From a virus (taxonomy: Duplodnaviria; Caudoviricetes), in the IMG/VR virus record IMGVR_UViG_3300028045_000016, positions 1-57,630 of that record: a stretch of DNA of 57,630 nucleotides; one strand, given 5' to 3'. Below, piece by piece: positions 1 through 9,797 of this stretch (position 1 is the stretch's first letter; each line of letters starts with the position of its first letter). The notes beneath the pieces are model-generated. The model did no database searches and had not been told where the DNA came from. It saw nothing but the letters and a program-made list of their open reading frames with translations. The position numbers and the translations under genes are program-made.

Positions 1-1
1 A

Positions 2-1711
2 GAGTCAAGAGCAATTGAATTTTGTGTCGATAGACAAACTTTGTCTGTAGTAAATGAAGAACTTACTATAAGCGATGGAAACACAGTAACCCTACCAACT
101 AATACCGGACCACAAGGACCTAAAGGAGACACCGGTGCTAAAGGTGATACGGGTAGTCGAGGACCAATAGGTTTGACAGGACCTGAAGGACCTGAAGGAC
201 CACAGGGTGACACCGGAGCAAAAGGAGATACCGGAGCACAAGGTCCAAGAGGATTGATAGGTGCTGATGGACCTGAAGGACCGCAAGGACCTCAGGGAGA
301 TGAGGGTGTTAAAGGAGACACAGGAAGCCAAGGAACTAAGGGTGACACAGGAAGCCAAGGTATTCAAGGACCTAAAGGAGATACAGGTGGTCAAGGTATT
401 CAAGGACCTAAAGGTGACACCGGAAGTCAAGGTCCACAGGGTGATATAGGTGACACAGGTGCTGCAGGAAAACAAGGGGATATTGGTCCTATTGGATTAA
501 CAGGACCGCAAGGTCCAAAAGGTGACACAGGTGGTCAAGGTATCCAAGGTCCTAAAGGAGATACCGGAGCAGCAGGTGCAAAGGGAGATACAGGTGCGGT
601 AGGACCTGAAGGACCGCAGGGTGCAAAAGGAAACACAGGTGCTCAAGGACCTCAAGGGGACATTGGTGACACGGGTGCACAAGGAAAGCAAGGAGACATT
701 GGACCTGAAGGACCGCAAGGAGCGAAAGGCTCTACGGGTTCTCAAGGACCTATTGGATTAACAGGACCTCAAGGAGCAAAAGGCGATACAGGAGCAGTTG
801 GAGGTGTAGGACCTGAAGGTCCTGCGGGAGCAAAAGGCGATACAGGTACTAAGGGTGATACAGGTTCTCAAGGACCCATTGGATTAACAGGACCTGCAGG
901 AGCGAAAGGTAATACAGGAGCACAAGGACCTCAAGGTGATATTGGAGATACAGGTGCTGCGGGAAAACAAGGAGACATTGGACCAACCGGACCTCAAGGT
1001 CCTGCCGGTGCAAAAGGTGCTGCAGGAACAAATGGTTCTGATGGAGCAACAGGACCTGAAGGACCTCAAGGACCGAAAGGAAGTACGGGTAGTACAGGTG
1101 GCATAGGTCCTCAAGGACCTGCCGGTGCAAAGGGAGACACGGGTGCAGTAGGTCCTCAAGGACCTGAAGGACCACAGGGTGCTAAAGGAACAGACGGAAC
1201 AAACGGTGCTGATGGAAAAAGTATAACAGGACCACAAGGTCCTGCCGGACCTGAAGGTCCAAAAGGTAGTACAGGAAACACCGGAGGAGTAGGACCACAA
1301 GGTCCTGCCGGAGCAAAAGGTAATACAGGTGCTGCCGGGACAAATGGTTCAGACGGAGCAACAGGACCACAAGGTCCTGAAGGTCCTGCCGGAGCAAAGG
1401 GTAATACAGGAAGTACAGGTCCTCAGGGTCCTGCCGGAGCAAAAGGTAGTACAGGAAGCACCGGACCACAAGGTCCTCAGGGAGCAACGGGTTCAAGGGG
1501 ACCTACAGGAGCAACGGGACCTACGGGACCTACGGGACCTCAAGGACCTGCAGGAAGTGATGGTGGTGGAGATATTTTTCTAAATGGAAAATCAACAACC
1601 ATAAAATCTCAAGAGTTCTTTACCGGAGGAAAGACACAATACTTACAGATTACTTTTGAAGATGGAAGCACAACTTGTATCCTTTTGCAAAATTGTGAAT
1701 TTGGTCGATAG
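2..1711 (+). CDS. Collagen-like (Gly-X-Y) tail fibre/whisker protein, 5'-partial
   Basis: Long uninterrupted GPQ/GAK/GDT triplet run. The frame is open back to position 2 ([17 protein letters not shown]), so the TTG at 41 is probably not the true start. Short globular C-terminus. Confidence 0.85.
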   Translation, partial: ESRAIEFCVDRQTLSVVNEELTISDGNTVTLPTNTGPQGPKGDTGAKGDTGSRGPIGLTGPEGPEGPQGDTGAKGDTGAQGPRGLIGADGPEGPQGPQGDEGVKGDTGSQGTKGDTGSQGIQGPKGDTGGQGIQGPKGDTGSQGPQGDIGDTGAAGKQGDIGPIGLTGPQGPKGDTGGQGIQGPKGDTGAAGAKGDTGAVGPEGPQGAKGNTGAQGPQGDIGDTGAQGKQGDIGPEGPQGAKGSTGSQGPIGLTGPQGAKGDTGAVGGVGPEGPAGAKGDTGTKGDTGSQGPIGLTGPAGAKGNTGAQGPQGDIGDTGAAGKQGDIGPTGPQGPAGAKGAAGTNGSDGATGPEGPQGPKGSTGSTGGIGPQGPAGAKGDTGAVGPQGPEGPQGAKGTDGTNGADGKSITGPQGPAGPEGPKGSTGNTGGVGPQGPAGAKGNTGAAGTNGSDGATGPQGPEGPAGAKGNTGSTGPQGPAGAKGSTGSTGPQGPQGATGSRGPTGATGPTGPTGPQGPAGSDGGGDIFLNGKSTTIKSQEFFTGGKTQYLQITFEDGSTTCILLQNCEFGR

Positions 1712-1719
1712 AAATTTCA

Positions 1720-1727
1720 TATCTTTG
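1720..1727 (+). promoter_or_regulatory. Bacteroidota sigma-A -7 element (TATCTTTG)
   Basis: Matches TAnnTTTG in the intergenic gap upstream of ORF 1757. Confidence 0.65.
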
Positions 1728-1756
1728 TAACTAATAATTAATTAAATATAAATCAA

Positions 1757-2011
1757 ATGGCAAAAAGTAAAAAACTAACAGAGCAAGAATTGACACAGGT
1801 TCAATCAATGTTGAACGCATTTAACCAATTGAAAATGCAATTAGGTGATGCAGTACTACAACAGACTTCAATCGTAGGAAAGATTGATGATTTAAAAGTA
1901 GAGTATGCAAAAGTAGAACTAGCACTTTCTGAAAAGTATGGTTCTGATTCACAAATTGATGTAAAGACAGGAGAGGTAAAAGCACTAGACAAGCTAGAAA
2001 AAGTAGAATAA
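1757..2011 (+). CDS. Small coiled-coil protein, possible fibre assembly chaperone
   Basis: 84 aa with a heptad pattern, lying between fibre genes. Confidence 0.55.
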   Translation: MAKSKKLTEQELTQVQSMLNAFNQLKMQLGDAVLQQTSIVGKIDDLKVEYAKVELALSEKYGSDSQIDVKTGEVKALDKLEKVE

Positions 2012-3198
2012 TGGCAAGAATAAAGACTTATGCAATAGATGCATTACCAACATTAGATGATAAGGTCATAGGAACCAACGTAGATAATTCTTCGTTGACT
2101 ATGAACTATAAAATTGGAGACATTATTGCGTTAGTCCCCGGAGGAGGTTCTTCGGTTCAGTCATTAAATACATTAACAGGTGTGTTAAACTTAGTCGGAG
2201 CCGGAGGTATTAGTATTAGTACTTCCGGTGATGATATTATTATTACCGGTTCAGGTGGTAGTAGTGGACTTACTAGCATTAACACAACTGCTACAGGACC
2301 CAACGTAAACATTGAAGGTAAAGGAGGTTTGGTTGTTACCGAAGTTGGTAACACAATATTCCTAGATACAACAGGTGTTGGTGATTTCACACTAACAACA
2401 ACAGGAACTTCAGGAGCAGCAACCTTAGTTGGAGGTGTTTTAAATATACCTCAATACTCAGGTGGAGGTGGTAGTGGAATTACAAGTATCAATACTACTG
2501 CAACGGGACCCAATGTAAACTTTGAAGGTAAAGGTGGAATCATTGTTACTGAAGTAGGTAATACTGTATTTATAGATGATTCAGGAACTGATGAAGATGT
2601 CAAGTTTAAAATTGATGCATCAGATACTCAAGCAGGTTATTGGGCAGACAAAGTATTTCCGGGAGGAGGTATAACTAAAACCACATCAACTGATGCACAA
2701 GGGGTTAAAACAGTACAACTTAATCAATCTCTTCCTTCAATTGTAAACAGTATTAAGGTAGGTAGTTCTATTGCTATAGGAACATTTGAATTTACAGGTT
2801 CAGGAGTTACAATGACTACCGGTACTCCTAATGTAATTGATTTTGCAGGTGGTGGTGCTTCATTGCCTTATACAACTTATGTTGCAAGGTTCAATACTAT
2901 TGGTACTTCAGTTAGCGTAAACGAATTAGAAAATACTACAGGTGGTACATTTACTTGGCAGAGAGTAACAGGCTTATCAGGGGAGAATATAATTATTAGA
3001 TACTCGGGAGTTTTGACAAATGATACTTTAGTTTTATGTAATGGAACTGCAGGAGATAAAAACTCAAGACAACAAGTCTTCTACAAATCACAAGATGGCA
3101 ATCAAACAATTACTCTAGATATTCTAGATTTTAATTTTAATCCTTCATCTGCAGATGTTAATGATGGCAACTTTGAGTTAAGGATATATCCTAAATAA
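2011..3198 (+). CDS. Tail fibre/virion structural protein with internal duplication
   Basis: Gly/Thr-rich, two copies of GxTSINTTATGPNVNxEGKGG, N-terminus similar to ORF 55440. Confidence 0.7.
   Translation: MARIKTYAIDALPTLDDKVIGTNVDNSSLTMNYKIGDIIALVPGGGSSVQSLNTLTGVLNLVGAGGISISTSGDDIIITGSGGSSGLTSINTTATGPNVNIEGKGGLVVTEVGNTIFLDTTGVGDFTLTTTGTSGAATLVGGVLNIPQYSGGGGSGITSINTTATGPNVNFEGKGGIIVTEVGNTVFIDDSGTDEDVKFKIDASDTQAGYWADKVFPGGGITKTTSTDAQGVKTVQLNQSLPSIVNSIKVGSSIAIGTFEFTGSGVTMTTGTPNVIDFAGGGASLPYTTYVARFNTIGTSVSVNELENTTGGTFTWQRVTGLSGENIIIRYSGVLTNDTLVLCNGTAGDKNSRQQVFYKSQDGNQTITLDILDFNFNPSSADVNDGNFELRIYPK
2257..2580 (+). repeat. Duplicated ~110-bp module within the fibre gene
   Basis: Copies near 2257-2367 and 2470-2580 encode TSINTTATGPNVN(I/F)EGKGG(L/I)xVTEVGNT(I/V)F(L/I)D. 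Confidence 0.8.
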
Positions 3199-3204
3199 AT
3201 AACT

Positions 3205-3432
3205 ATGGACATTAGAAAGGTTTCAGTAGGACCTGATTATAAGTCAGGTGCAATGCATTATATTGTAGGGCAGTCTGTTTTGAATGGAAGTTATGTTATT
3301 CATTTGATTAAACTTAATGAGGTTCGTAGTTCAATATTAATATACATAGAGAGTAATGGAGAAATAGTATTGTGGAAAGAATTCACGAATGCTATGCCAA
3401 TATCTATAGAATATAATATAAACTTTTTATAA
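3205..3432 (+). CDS. Hypothetical protein
   Basis: 75-aa ORF tightly packed in the operon. Confidence 0.7.
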   Translation: MDIRKVSVGPDYKSGAMHYIVGQSVLNGSYVIHLIKLNEVRSSILIYIESNGEIVLWKEFTNAMPISIEYNINFL

Positions 3433-3614
3433 TGTCAGAGCAGGAAAGAAAAGAACTTGTAGAAAAAATAGAGGTTCTTAAAACCCAAAAAGAAGATACG
3501 TCTGATTGGATGGAGCAGATGGGTATTGCTGATGAGATTCACAATATTGAAATGAAATTAAATGGAGTCAAGCCAACTGATTCACATATAGACTGTATTG
3601 GTTGTGGCTCATAA
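3432..3614 (+). CDS. Small helical protein ending in CxxCGS
   Basis: 60 aa, ends DCIGCGS, start overlaps the upstream stop. Confidence 0.7.
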   Translation: MSEQERKELVEKIEVLKTQKEDTSDWMEQMGIADEIHNIEMKLNGVKPTDSHIDCIGCGS

Positions 3615-3622
3615 ATTAAATT

Positions 3623-4186
3623 ATGAAATCACCATTTGCATTTATTACCAAACCTGTAAAAGGTAAAAGGTATAATAACACAAAAAATATTGGTGGGATA
3701 GACTTTATTGTAAGTACGTCTCAGGAAGATTTTAGATTTTCAAATCGAAAAGCAGAAGTAATAGAACTCCCCCTTGGATATAAAGGTCCAATAAAGGTGG
3801 GAGATTTTTTGTTAGTACACCATAATGTTTTCAAGTACTATAATGATATGAAAGGTAATCAGCAAAGTGGACGTAGCTACTTTAAAGATGACTTGTTCTT
3901 TGTTGAACCTGAGCAATTCTTTGCGTATCACAATGGTAAAAATTGGAATGCAGTAGATAGGTATTGTTTCATTAAACCTACAAAACCTGAAGATTCGTAT
4001 CTTTATAAAAACATTAAAGAAGAACCATTGGTTGGAATAGTTAAATACCCAAACAAATATTTAATTAGTCAAGGTGTTAACGAAGGAACCAAAGTTACTT
4101 TTAAACCTGATAGTGAATATGAGTTTAATATTGACGGGGAAAAGCTTTATAGAATGTATGACCATCAGATTACTATGAAACTATGA
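3623..4186 (+). CDS. GroES-like protein, probably two tandem Cpn10-like domains
   Basis: Segments AEVIELP..IKVGDFLLVHHN and GIVKY..GVNEGTKVTF..EFNIDGEKLYRM resemble GroES strands. Confidence 0.55.
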   Translation: MKSPFAFITKPVKGKRYNNTKNIGGIDFIVSTSQEDFRFSNRKAEVIELPLGYKGPIKVGDFLLVHHNVFKYYNDMKGNQQSGRSYFKDDLFFVEPEQFFAYHNGKNWNAVDRYCFIKPTKPEDSYLYKNIKEEPLVGIVKYPNKYLISQGVNEGTKVTFKPDSEYEFNIDGEKLYRMYDHQITMKL

Positions 4187-4755
4187 TATACATAAAAGAT
4201 AATTTTCTTAGTGAGTCTTCTTATATTCAATTAATGAATCACTTGAATAGTAATAAATTTAATGAGGTGGATACAGGAGAGAAGTCTTTTTGGGTTCAAC
4301 CAAGTAGTGAATCGTTTAATGAATTAGTTTCATTTGAGTTAGAGTTTATAGAGAGAAAGCCTGTAAAACCTTTGTTACAATTTTTTAGAGTATCGACTGA
4401 CAAGGTTGATACTGATTGGAGGATACACGCAGATACTATTATAAAAAATGAAAAACCCGATAGAGCAGTAGTTTTGTATTTATCAGAATCTAAATCAAAA
4501 GACTTACACGGTACTGCATTTTGGTCACATAAAAAAATGGGTGAATCAATGCCAACTGAAATATCAAACTTTGGGTTTGATGAAATGTTGAAAAATGATT
4601 CTAACAACTTAGATATGTGGGAGTTAAAAAGTGTTGTAGGATATAAACCAAATAGACTTATCTCTTACCCTGCTAATTATTTTCATAGTAAATATCCAAA
4701 CATTAGTTGGGAAGAGGGTAGAATAGTTTATGTAATGTTTTATAAAAATGAGTAA
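4183..4755 (+). CDS. Putative 2OG-Fe(II) oxygenase superfamily protein
   Basis: HxD (IHADT), VVLYL, GTAFW, NRLISY and a distal His (FHS) followed by Arg. Confidence 0.7.
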   Translation: MIYIKDNFLSESSYIQLMNHLNSNKFNEVDTGEKSFWVQPSSESFNELVSFELEFIERKPVKPLLQFFRVSTDKVDTDWRIHADTIIKNEKPDRAVVLYLSESKSKDLHGTAFWSHKKMGESMPTEISNFGFDEMLKNDSNNLDMWELKSVVGYKPNRLISYPANYFHSKYPNISWEEGRIVYVMFYKNE

Positions 4756-4820
4756 GTATATTTATTGGGAAGACGAATGGAATGAAGATATTCCATTAAA
4801 AAAAACAAAGCGTATTAGAA

Positions 4821-5102
4821 ATGAAATCAAAAGAAATAAAATTAAGAATAATAGAAGCAGGTCACAGGGCAGTAGAGCAACTGATACAGGTAGCGAAGGA
4901 AGCGATTATTAAGCACGACCCCGAGGATGACTTGTCGGCAGATAGATTAAAAAATGCAGCAGCGACAAAGAAGCTTTGTATTATGGATGCATTTGAAATA
5001 TTAAGCAGAATAGAATCAGAACAAGAAGCTATTGATTCTTTAGAAAACGGAGTAAGTAAAACACAAACTAAACAAGGATTTGCAGAGCGAAGGTCTAAAT
5101 AA
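4821..5102 (+). CDS. Putative terminase small subunit
   Basis: 93-aa helical protein directly upstream of and overlapping terL. Confidence 0.55.
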   Translation: MKSKEIKLRIIEAGHRAVEQLIQVAKEAIIKHDPEDDLSADRLKNAAATKKLCIMDAFEILSRIESEQEAIDSLENGVSKTQTKQGFAERRSK

Positions 5103-7308
5103 CTTATACATTAATCTTGAAGGCATTGTACCAAAAAATGTTTTAACGTCAAAGAACAGGGCGAGAACGTGGTTATATGGCTATAATGAGAAGTATGGCT
5201 TTATTGTTATATCTAAAACCGGACAGATTGAAAATGTTATTGAGATATCAGGACTTCGTATTGCACTACCTAAACCACCTAAGACAATAAACTCTAGGAG
5301 TAAAACAAAGTCCGAACAGTATTGGGAGCGTAACGAAATACCTAAAGCATTAAATAAAATAAACTCTATATTTCAATGGAATGAAATGTCTTCTGAATTT
5401 AAAGACAGATGGGTAGACTATGTAGAGACAGAGTTCGATAGAAGAGAACAAGGTTTATGGTTTATGTCTAATGGAGTACCTACCTATATTACAGGTGCAC
5501 ACTATATGTACCTTCAATGGACGAGCATAGATGTTGGGTACCCTGACTTCAGAGAAGCAAACAGAATATTGTATTTATATTGGGAAGCTTGTAAGGCTGA
5601 CAAAAGAAGCTTCGGTATGATTTATTTAAAGATAAGACGTTCAGGGTTTTCTTTTATGTCATCATCCGAATGTGTTAACACAGGTACATTAGCAAAAGAT
5701 TCTAGGGTAGGTATACTATCAAAGACAGGTTCTGATGCTAAGAAGATGTTTACAGATAAGGTTGTTCCAATTAATAGTAGGTTGCCATTTTTCTTCAAAC
5801 CAATTATGGATGGTATGGATAAGCCTAAAACAGAATTAGCTTTTAGAATACCTGCTGCTAAGATTACAAAGAAAAATATGTATGATACAACTGAAGATGA
5901 GTTGTATGGTTTGGATACAACAATTGATTGGAAAAATACAGACGACAATAGTTATGATGGTGAGAAATTATTATTATTAGTTCACGATGAAAGTGGTAAA
6001 TGGATAAAACCAAATAACATATTAAACAATTGGAGAGTAACAAAGACTTGTCTTCGATTAGGTAGTAAAGTTATTGGCAAATGTATGATGGGTTCTACGT
6101 CAAATGCTTTAGACAAAGGAGGTAGCAACTTTAAAAAATTATATACAGATTCTTATTCGGGAACACGAAATGCAAATGGTCAAACCAAAAGTGGAATGTA
6201 TTCACTTTTTATCCCAATGGAATGGAATATGGAGGGGTTTATAGATAGGTATGGAATGCCTGTTTTTAATACTCCTAAAAAACCTGTGCTAGGAATCGAC
6301 AATGAAATGATAAAACAGGGTGCTATTGATTATTGGGAAGCAGAAGTAGCTTCACTTAAACAAGACCCTGATGCATTGAATGAATATTATAGACAGTTCC
6401 CAAGAACTGAGTCTCACGCATTTAGAGATGAAAGCAAACAATCAATATTTAATCTCACAAAGATATACCAACAAATAGATTATAATGATTCATTAATCAT
6501 TCAGCAGCACGTTACTCGTGGAAATTTAAGTTGGCAGAATGGTGTAAAAGATTCTAAGGTAATTTTTTCCCCTGATAATAGAGGTAGATTTTATGTATCT
6601 TGGACTCCAAATGCATCGTTGCAAAATAATGTAATAGAAAAAAGAGGACTAAAATATCCGGGCAATAATCATATAGGTGCCTTTGGATGTGATAGTTATG
6701 ACATATCAGGTGTAGTTGGTGGTGGTGGTTCTAACGGAGCACTTCACGGTAAGACTATGTTTAATATGGATGAGGCACCAAGTAATGAATTCTTTTTAGA
6801 ATATGTAGCAAGACCACAGACTGCTGAGATATTTTTTGAAGATGTATTAAAAGCTTGTGTGTTTTATGGTATGCCAATATTGGTAGAGAATAATAAACCT
6901 AGATTGTTATATCATTTTAAAAACAGGGGGTACAGAAATTTCTGTATGAATAGACCTGACAAGATTTATACAAAGTTATCTAAAACAGAAAAGGAATTGG
7001 GAGGTATACCTAACTCTAGTGAGGATGTGAAACAAGCACACGCATCTGCAATAGAGTCTTATATTGAAAGCAGTATAGGGATGAAGGAAGATATGGAGAT
7101 GGGAGATATGGTTTTTATTAGGACCTTAGAGGATTGGGCAAAGTTCGATATTAGTAACAGAACTAAGTTTGATGCATCAATAAGTTCAGGGTTGGCTATT
7201 ATGGCAACGCAGAAACACCTCTATTTACCTGAGAAAAAAGTTTCAAAAATAAAGGTTAACTTTGCAAGGTATAGTAATAAGGGTAAATATAGCGAAATAA
7301 TTAGATGA
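5080..7308 (+). CDS. terL: Terminase large subunit
   Basis: Walker A-like KIRRSGFS, Walker B LLVHDESGKW, GST coupling motif, nuclease motifs GCDSYD and FDASIS. Exact start uncertain. Confidence 0.9.
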   Translation: MQSEGLNNLYINLEGIVPKNVLTSKNRARTWLYGYNEKYGFIVISKTGQIENVIEISGLRIALPKPPKTINSRSKTKSEQYWERNEIPKALNKINSIFQWNEMSSEFKDRWVDYVETEFDRREQGLWFMSNGVPTYITGAHYMYLQWTSIDVGYPDFREANRILYLYWEACKADKRSFGMIYLKIRRSGFSFMSSSECVNTGTLAKDSRVGILSKTGSDAKKMFTDKVVPINSRLPFFFKPIMDGMDKPKTELAFRIPAAKITKKNMYDTTEDELYGLDTTIDWKNTDDNSYDGEKLLLLVHDESGKWIKPNNILNNWRVTKTCLRLGSKVIGKCMMGSTSNALDKGGSNFKKLYTDSYSGTRNANGQTKSGMYSLFIPMEWNMEGFIDRYGMPVFNTPKKPVLGIDNEMIKQGAIDYWEAEVASLKQDPDALNEYYRQFPRTESHAFRDESKQSIFNLTKIYQQIDYNDSLIIQQHVTRGNLSWQNGVKDSKVIFSPDNRGRFYVSWTPNASLQNNVIEKRGLKYPGNNHIGAFGCDSYDISGVVGGGGSNGALHGKTMFNMDEAPSNEFFLEYVARPQTAEIFFEDVLKACVFYGMPILVENNKPRLLYHFKNRGYRNFCMNRPDKIYTKLSKTEKELGGIPNSSEDVKQAHASAIESYIESSIGMKEDMEMGDMVFIRTLEDWAKFDISNRTKFDASISSGLAIMATQKHLYLPEKKVSKIKVNFARYSNKGKYSEIIR

Positions 7309-9740
7309 AAAACGTAAACATAAACATATCATCTACAGGGTTTCCAAGTCAATTTGTATCTGATTCAGAGAAAGAAACTGTCGAATTCGGGTTACAAATT
7401 GGTCAAGCTATTCAATATGAATGGTTCAAAAAGGATGGGAATCAATGTAGATATTATAATCAATGGAGGGATTTTAACCGTTTAAGATTATATGCAAGAG
7501 GAGAACAGTCCACAGGAAAATATAAAAACGAATTAGCAGTAGACGGAGATTTGTCTTATCTAAATTTAGATTGGACACCTGTACCCGTTCTACCTAAGTT
7601 CGTAGACATTGTAGTTAACGGGATGCAAGACCGTGAGTTTCACGTTAAGGCATATGCTCAAGATGCATTGTCTCAATCTAAGAGAAGTAAATATCAGCAA
7701 ATGGTAGAAGGGCAAATGGTAGCTAAACCTATGCTCGAAACTATACAAAAAAAGACAGGTGCTAATCCTTTTACCGTTGAACCTGATTCACTTCCAAACT
7801 CAGATGAAGAACTAAAACTTTATATGCAAATGAATTACAAACCTGCTATTGAAATAGCAGAGGAGGAAGCCATTAGCACTTTGTTTGAATCTAATAAATA
7901 TAACGATACTAGAAAAAGATTGGATTATGACTTAGCAGTTATAGGAATATCTTGTGCTAAACACGAGTTCTTACCCGGAGCAGGTGTTAAGGTTGATTAC
8001 GTTGACCCGGCTAATATTGTTTATAGCTATACAGAAGACCCACACTTTAAAGATTGTTTTTATTGGGGGGAAATTAAAACATTACCTATTACTGAATTAG
8101 TAAAGATAGACCCTACACTAGACAACAAAGACTTAGAGGAAATATCACAATACTCTCAGAGTTGGTATGACTATTATAATACTGCACAGTTTTATGAGAA
8201 TGATATATTCTATAAAGATACTGCCACAGTTATGTACTTTAATTACAAAACTACAAAGAAGGTAGTTTATAAAAGAAAAGTAAAAGACAACGGTAACGTT
8301 AGTATGATTGAAAAGGATGACCAATTCAATCCACCTGTTGAAATGCAGGAGGAACAAAACTTTGAAAAGGTATCTAAGACTATTGACGTTTGGTATGAAG
8401 GTGTTATGGTTATGGGAACCAACATAGTTTTGAAGTGGCAGTTGATGGAGAATATGGTTAGACCACAATCTGCAACTCAACACGCTATTCCTAATTATGT
8501 AGCAGTAGCACCAAGAATGTATAAAGGTGCCATTGAATCTTTAGTTAGAAGAATGATTCCTTTTGCTGATTTAATTCAGGTTACACACTTGAAGCTACAA
8601 CAAGTTATATCTAGAGTTGTACCTGATGGTGTATTCATAGATGCTGATGGATTAAATGAAGTGGACCTCGGGACAGGTAATGCTTATAATCCCGAAGATG
8701 CTTTAAGATTATATTTCCAAACAGGTTCTGTTATTGGTAGAAGTTATACTCAAGACGGAGATTACAACCAAGGAAGAGTACCTATTAAAGAACTTCAGTC
8801 AAGTTCAGGTGCATCAAAAACACAGATGTTAATTGCTAACTATAATCATTATCTAAATCAAATTAGATTAGTTACAGGATTAAATGAAGCAAGAGACGGT
8901 TCTATGCCGGACCCTAATTCTTTAGTTGGCTTACAGAAAATGGCAGCATTAAATTCTAATGTAGCGACTAGACATATCTTAGAAGGAAGCTTGTATATTT
9001 ATAGAAGTATTGCAGAGGCTTTAACATACAGGGTTGCAGATATTCTTCAGTATGCAGATTTTAAAGAAGAGTTCATAAATCAAATAGGAAAGTATAATGT
9101 ATCAATATTAAATGATATTGCAGATTTATATATTTATGACTTTGGTATATTCATTGAACTGTCTCCTGACGAAGAACAGAAGCAGCAGCTTGAACAGAAT
9201 ATTCAAATGGCTTTATCTAAGAGCGATATAAATCTTGAGGATGCTATTGATATTAGAGAAATAAAAAATATCAAACTTGCAAACCAATTACTAAAATTAA
9301 AAAGAATTGGTAAACAAGAAAGAGAAGAGAAGATGCAAATGTCTCAACAGGCAATGCAGTCTCAACAACTTATGCAGCAACAGAAGATGGCACAAGAAAC
9401 TGCTATGCAAAAACTGCAGATGGAGACTCGTGCTAAGATGGAATACCGTCAAGCTGATATTGCATTTGAAATAGAGAAAATGAAAAACGAAGCTATGCTA
9501 AAATCTCAATTGATGGACAAAGAGTTCGAGTTGAATATGCAGTTAGCTGAGTTAAACAATAGAGGGTTAAAAGATAGAGAGGTTGGAAAGGAAGATGCAA
9601 AGTCTAAAAGAATTAGCCAAGCAAATACAGAACAATCTAAAATGATTAACCAACGTAAAAATAATTTACCTCCGATTAATTTTGAATCAAACGAGGATAG
9701 TTTGGATGGGTTTGATTTCGCAGAATTCAATCCAAGATAG
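7305..9740 (+). CDS. Portal protein
   Basis: 811 aa after terL, PKFVDIVVNG and TGLNEARDG motifs, Gln-rich coiled-coil C-terminus typical of podovirus portals. Confidence 0.85.
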   Translation: MKNVNINISSTGFPSQFVSDSEKETVEFGLQIGQAIQYEWFKKDGNQCRYYNQWRDFNRLRLYARGEQSTGKYKNELAVDGDLSYLNLDWTPVPVLPKFVDIVVNGMQDREFHVKAYAQDALSQSKRSKYQQMVEGQMVAKPMLETIQKKTGANPFTVEPDSLPNSDEELKLYMQMNYKPAIEIAEEEAISTLFESNKYNDTRKRLDYDLAVIGISCAKHEFLPGAGVKVDYVDPANIVYSYTEDPHFKDCFYWGEIKTLPITELVKIDPTLDNKDLEEISQYSQSWYDYYNTAQFYENDIFYKDTATVMYFNYKTTKKVVYKRKVKDNGNVSMIEKDDQFNPPVEMQEEQNFEKVSKTIDVWYEGVMVMGTNIVLKWQLMENMVRPQSATQHAIPNYVAVAPRMYKGAIESLVRRMIPFADLIQVTHLKLQQVISRVVPDGVFIDADGLNEVDLGTGNAYNPEDALRLYFQTGSVIGRSYTQDGDYNQGRVPIKELQSSSGASKTQMLIANYNHYLNQIRLVTGLNEARDGSMPDPNSLVGLQKMAALNSNVATRHILEGSLYIYRSIAEALTYRVADILQYADFKEEFINQIGKYNVSILNDIADLYIYDFGIFIELSPDEEQKQQLEQNIQMALSKSDINLEDAIDIREIKNIKLANQLLKLKRIGKQEREEKMQMSQQAMQSQQLMQQQKMAQETAMQKLQMETRAKMEYRQADIAFEIEKMKNEAMLKSQLMDKEFELNMQLAELNNRGLKDREVGKEDAKSKRISQANTEQSKMINQRKNNLPPINFESNEDSLDGFDFAEFNPR

Positions 9741-9767
9741 TTGTCTAAAACTATAATAATTTTTGTG

Positions 9768-9775
9768 TAACTTTG
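9768..9775 (+). promoter_or_regulatory. -7 promoter element (TAACTTTG)
   Basis: TAnnTTTG upstream of the scaffold gene. Confidence 0.6.
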
Positions 9776-9797
9776 TATAAATTAAATTTAATAAAAT

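Noticed and set aside
92-1583. Many antisense and alternate-frame ORFs, and a CRISPR-like look, in the collagen gene
   Set aside because: These are by-products of Gly-X-Y codon periodicity. There is no constant repeat with unique spacers and no cas gene.
4748-4912. Small ORF MSKYIYWEDEWNE overlapping terS
   Set aside because: More than half overlaps terS out of frame, and it cannot be supported without homologues.
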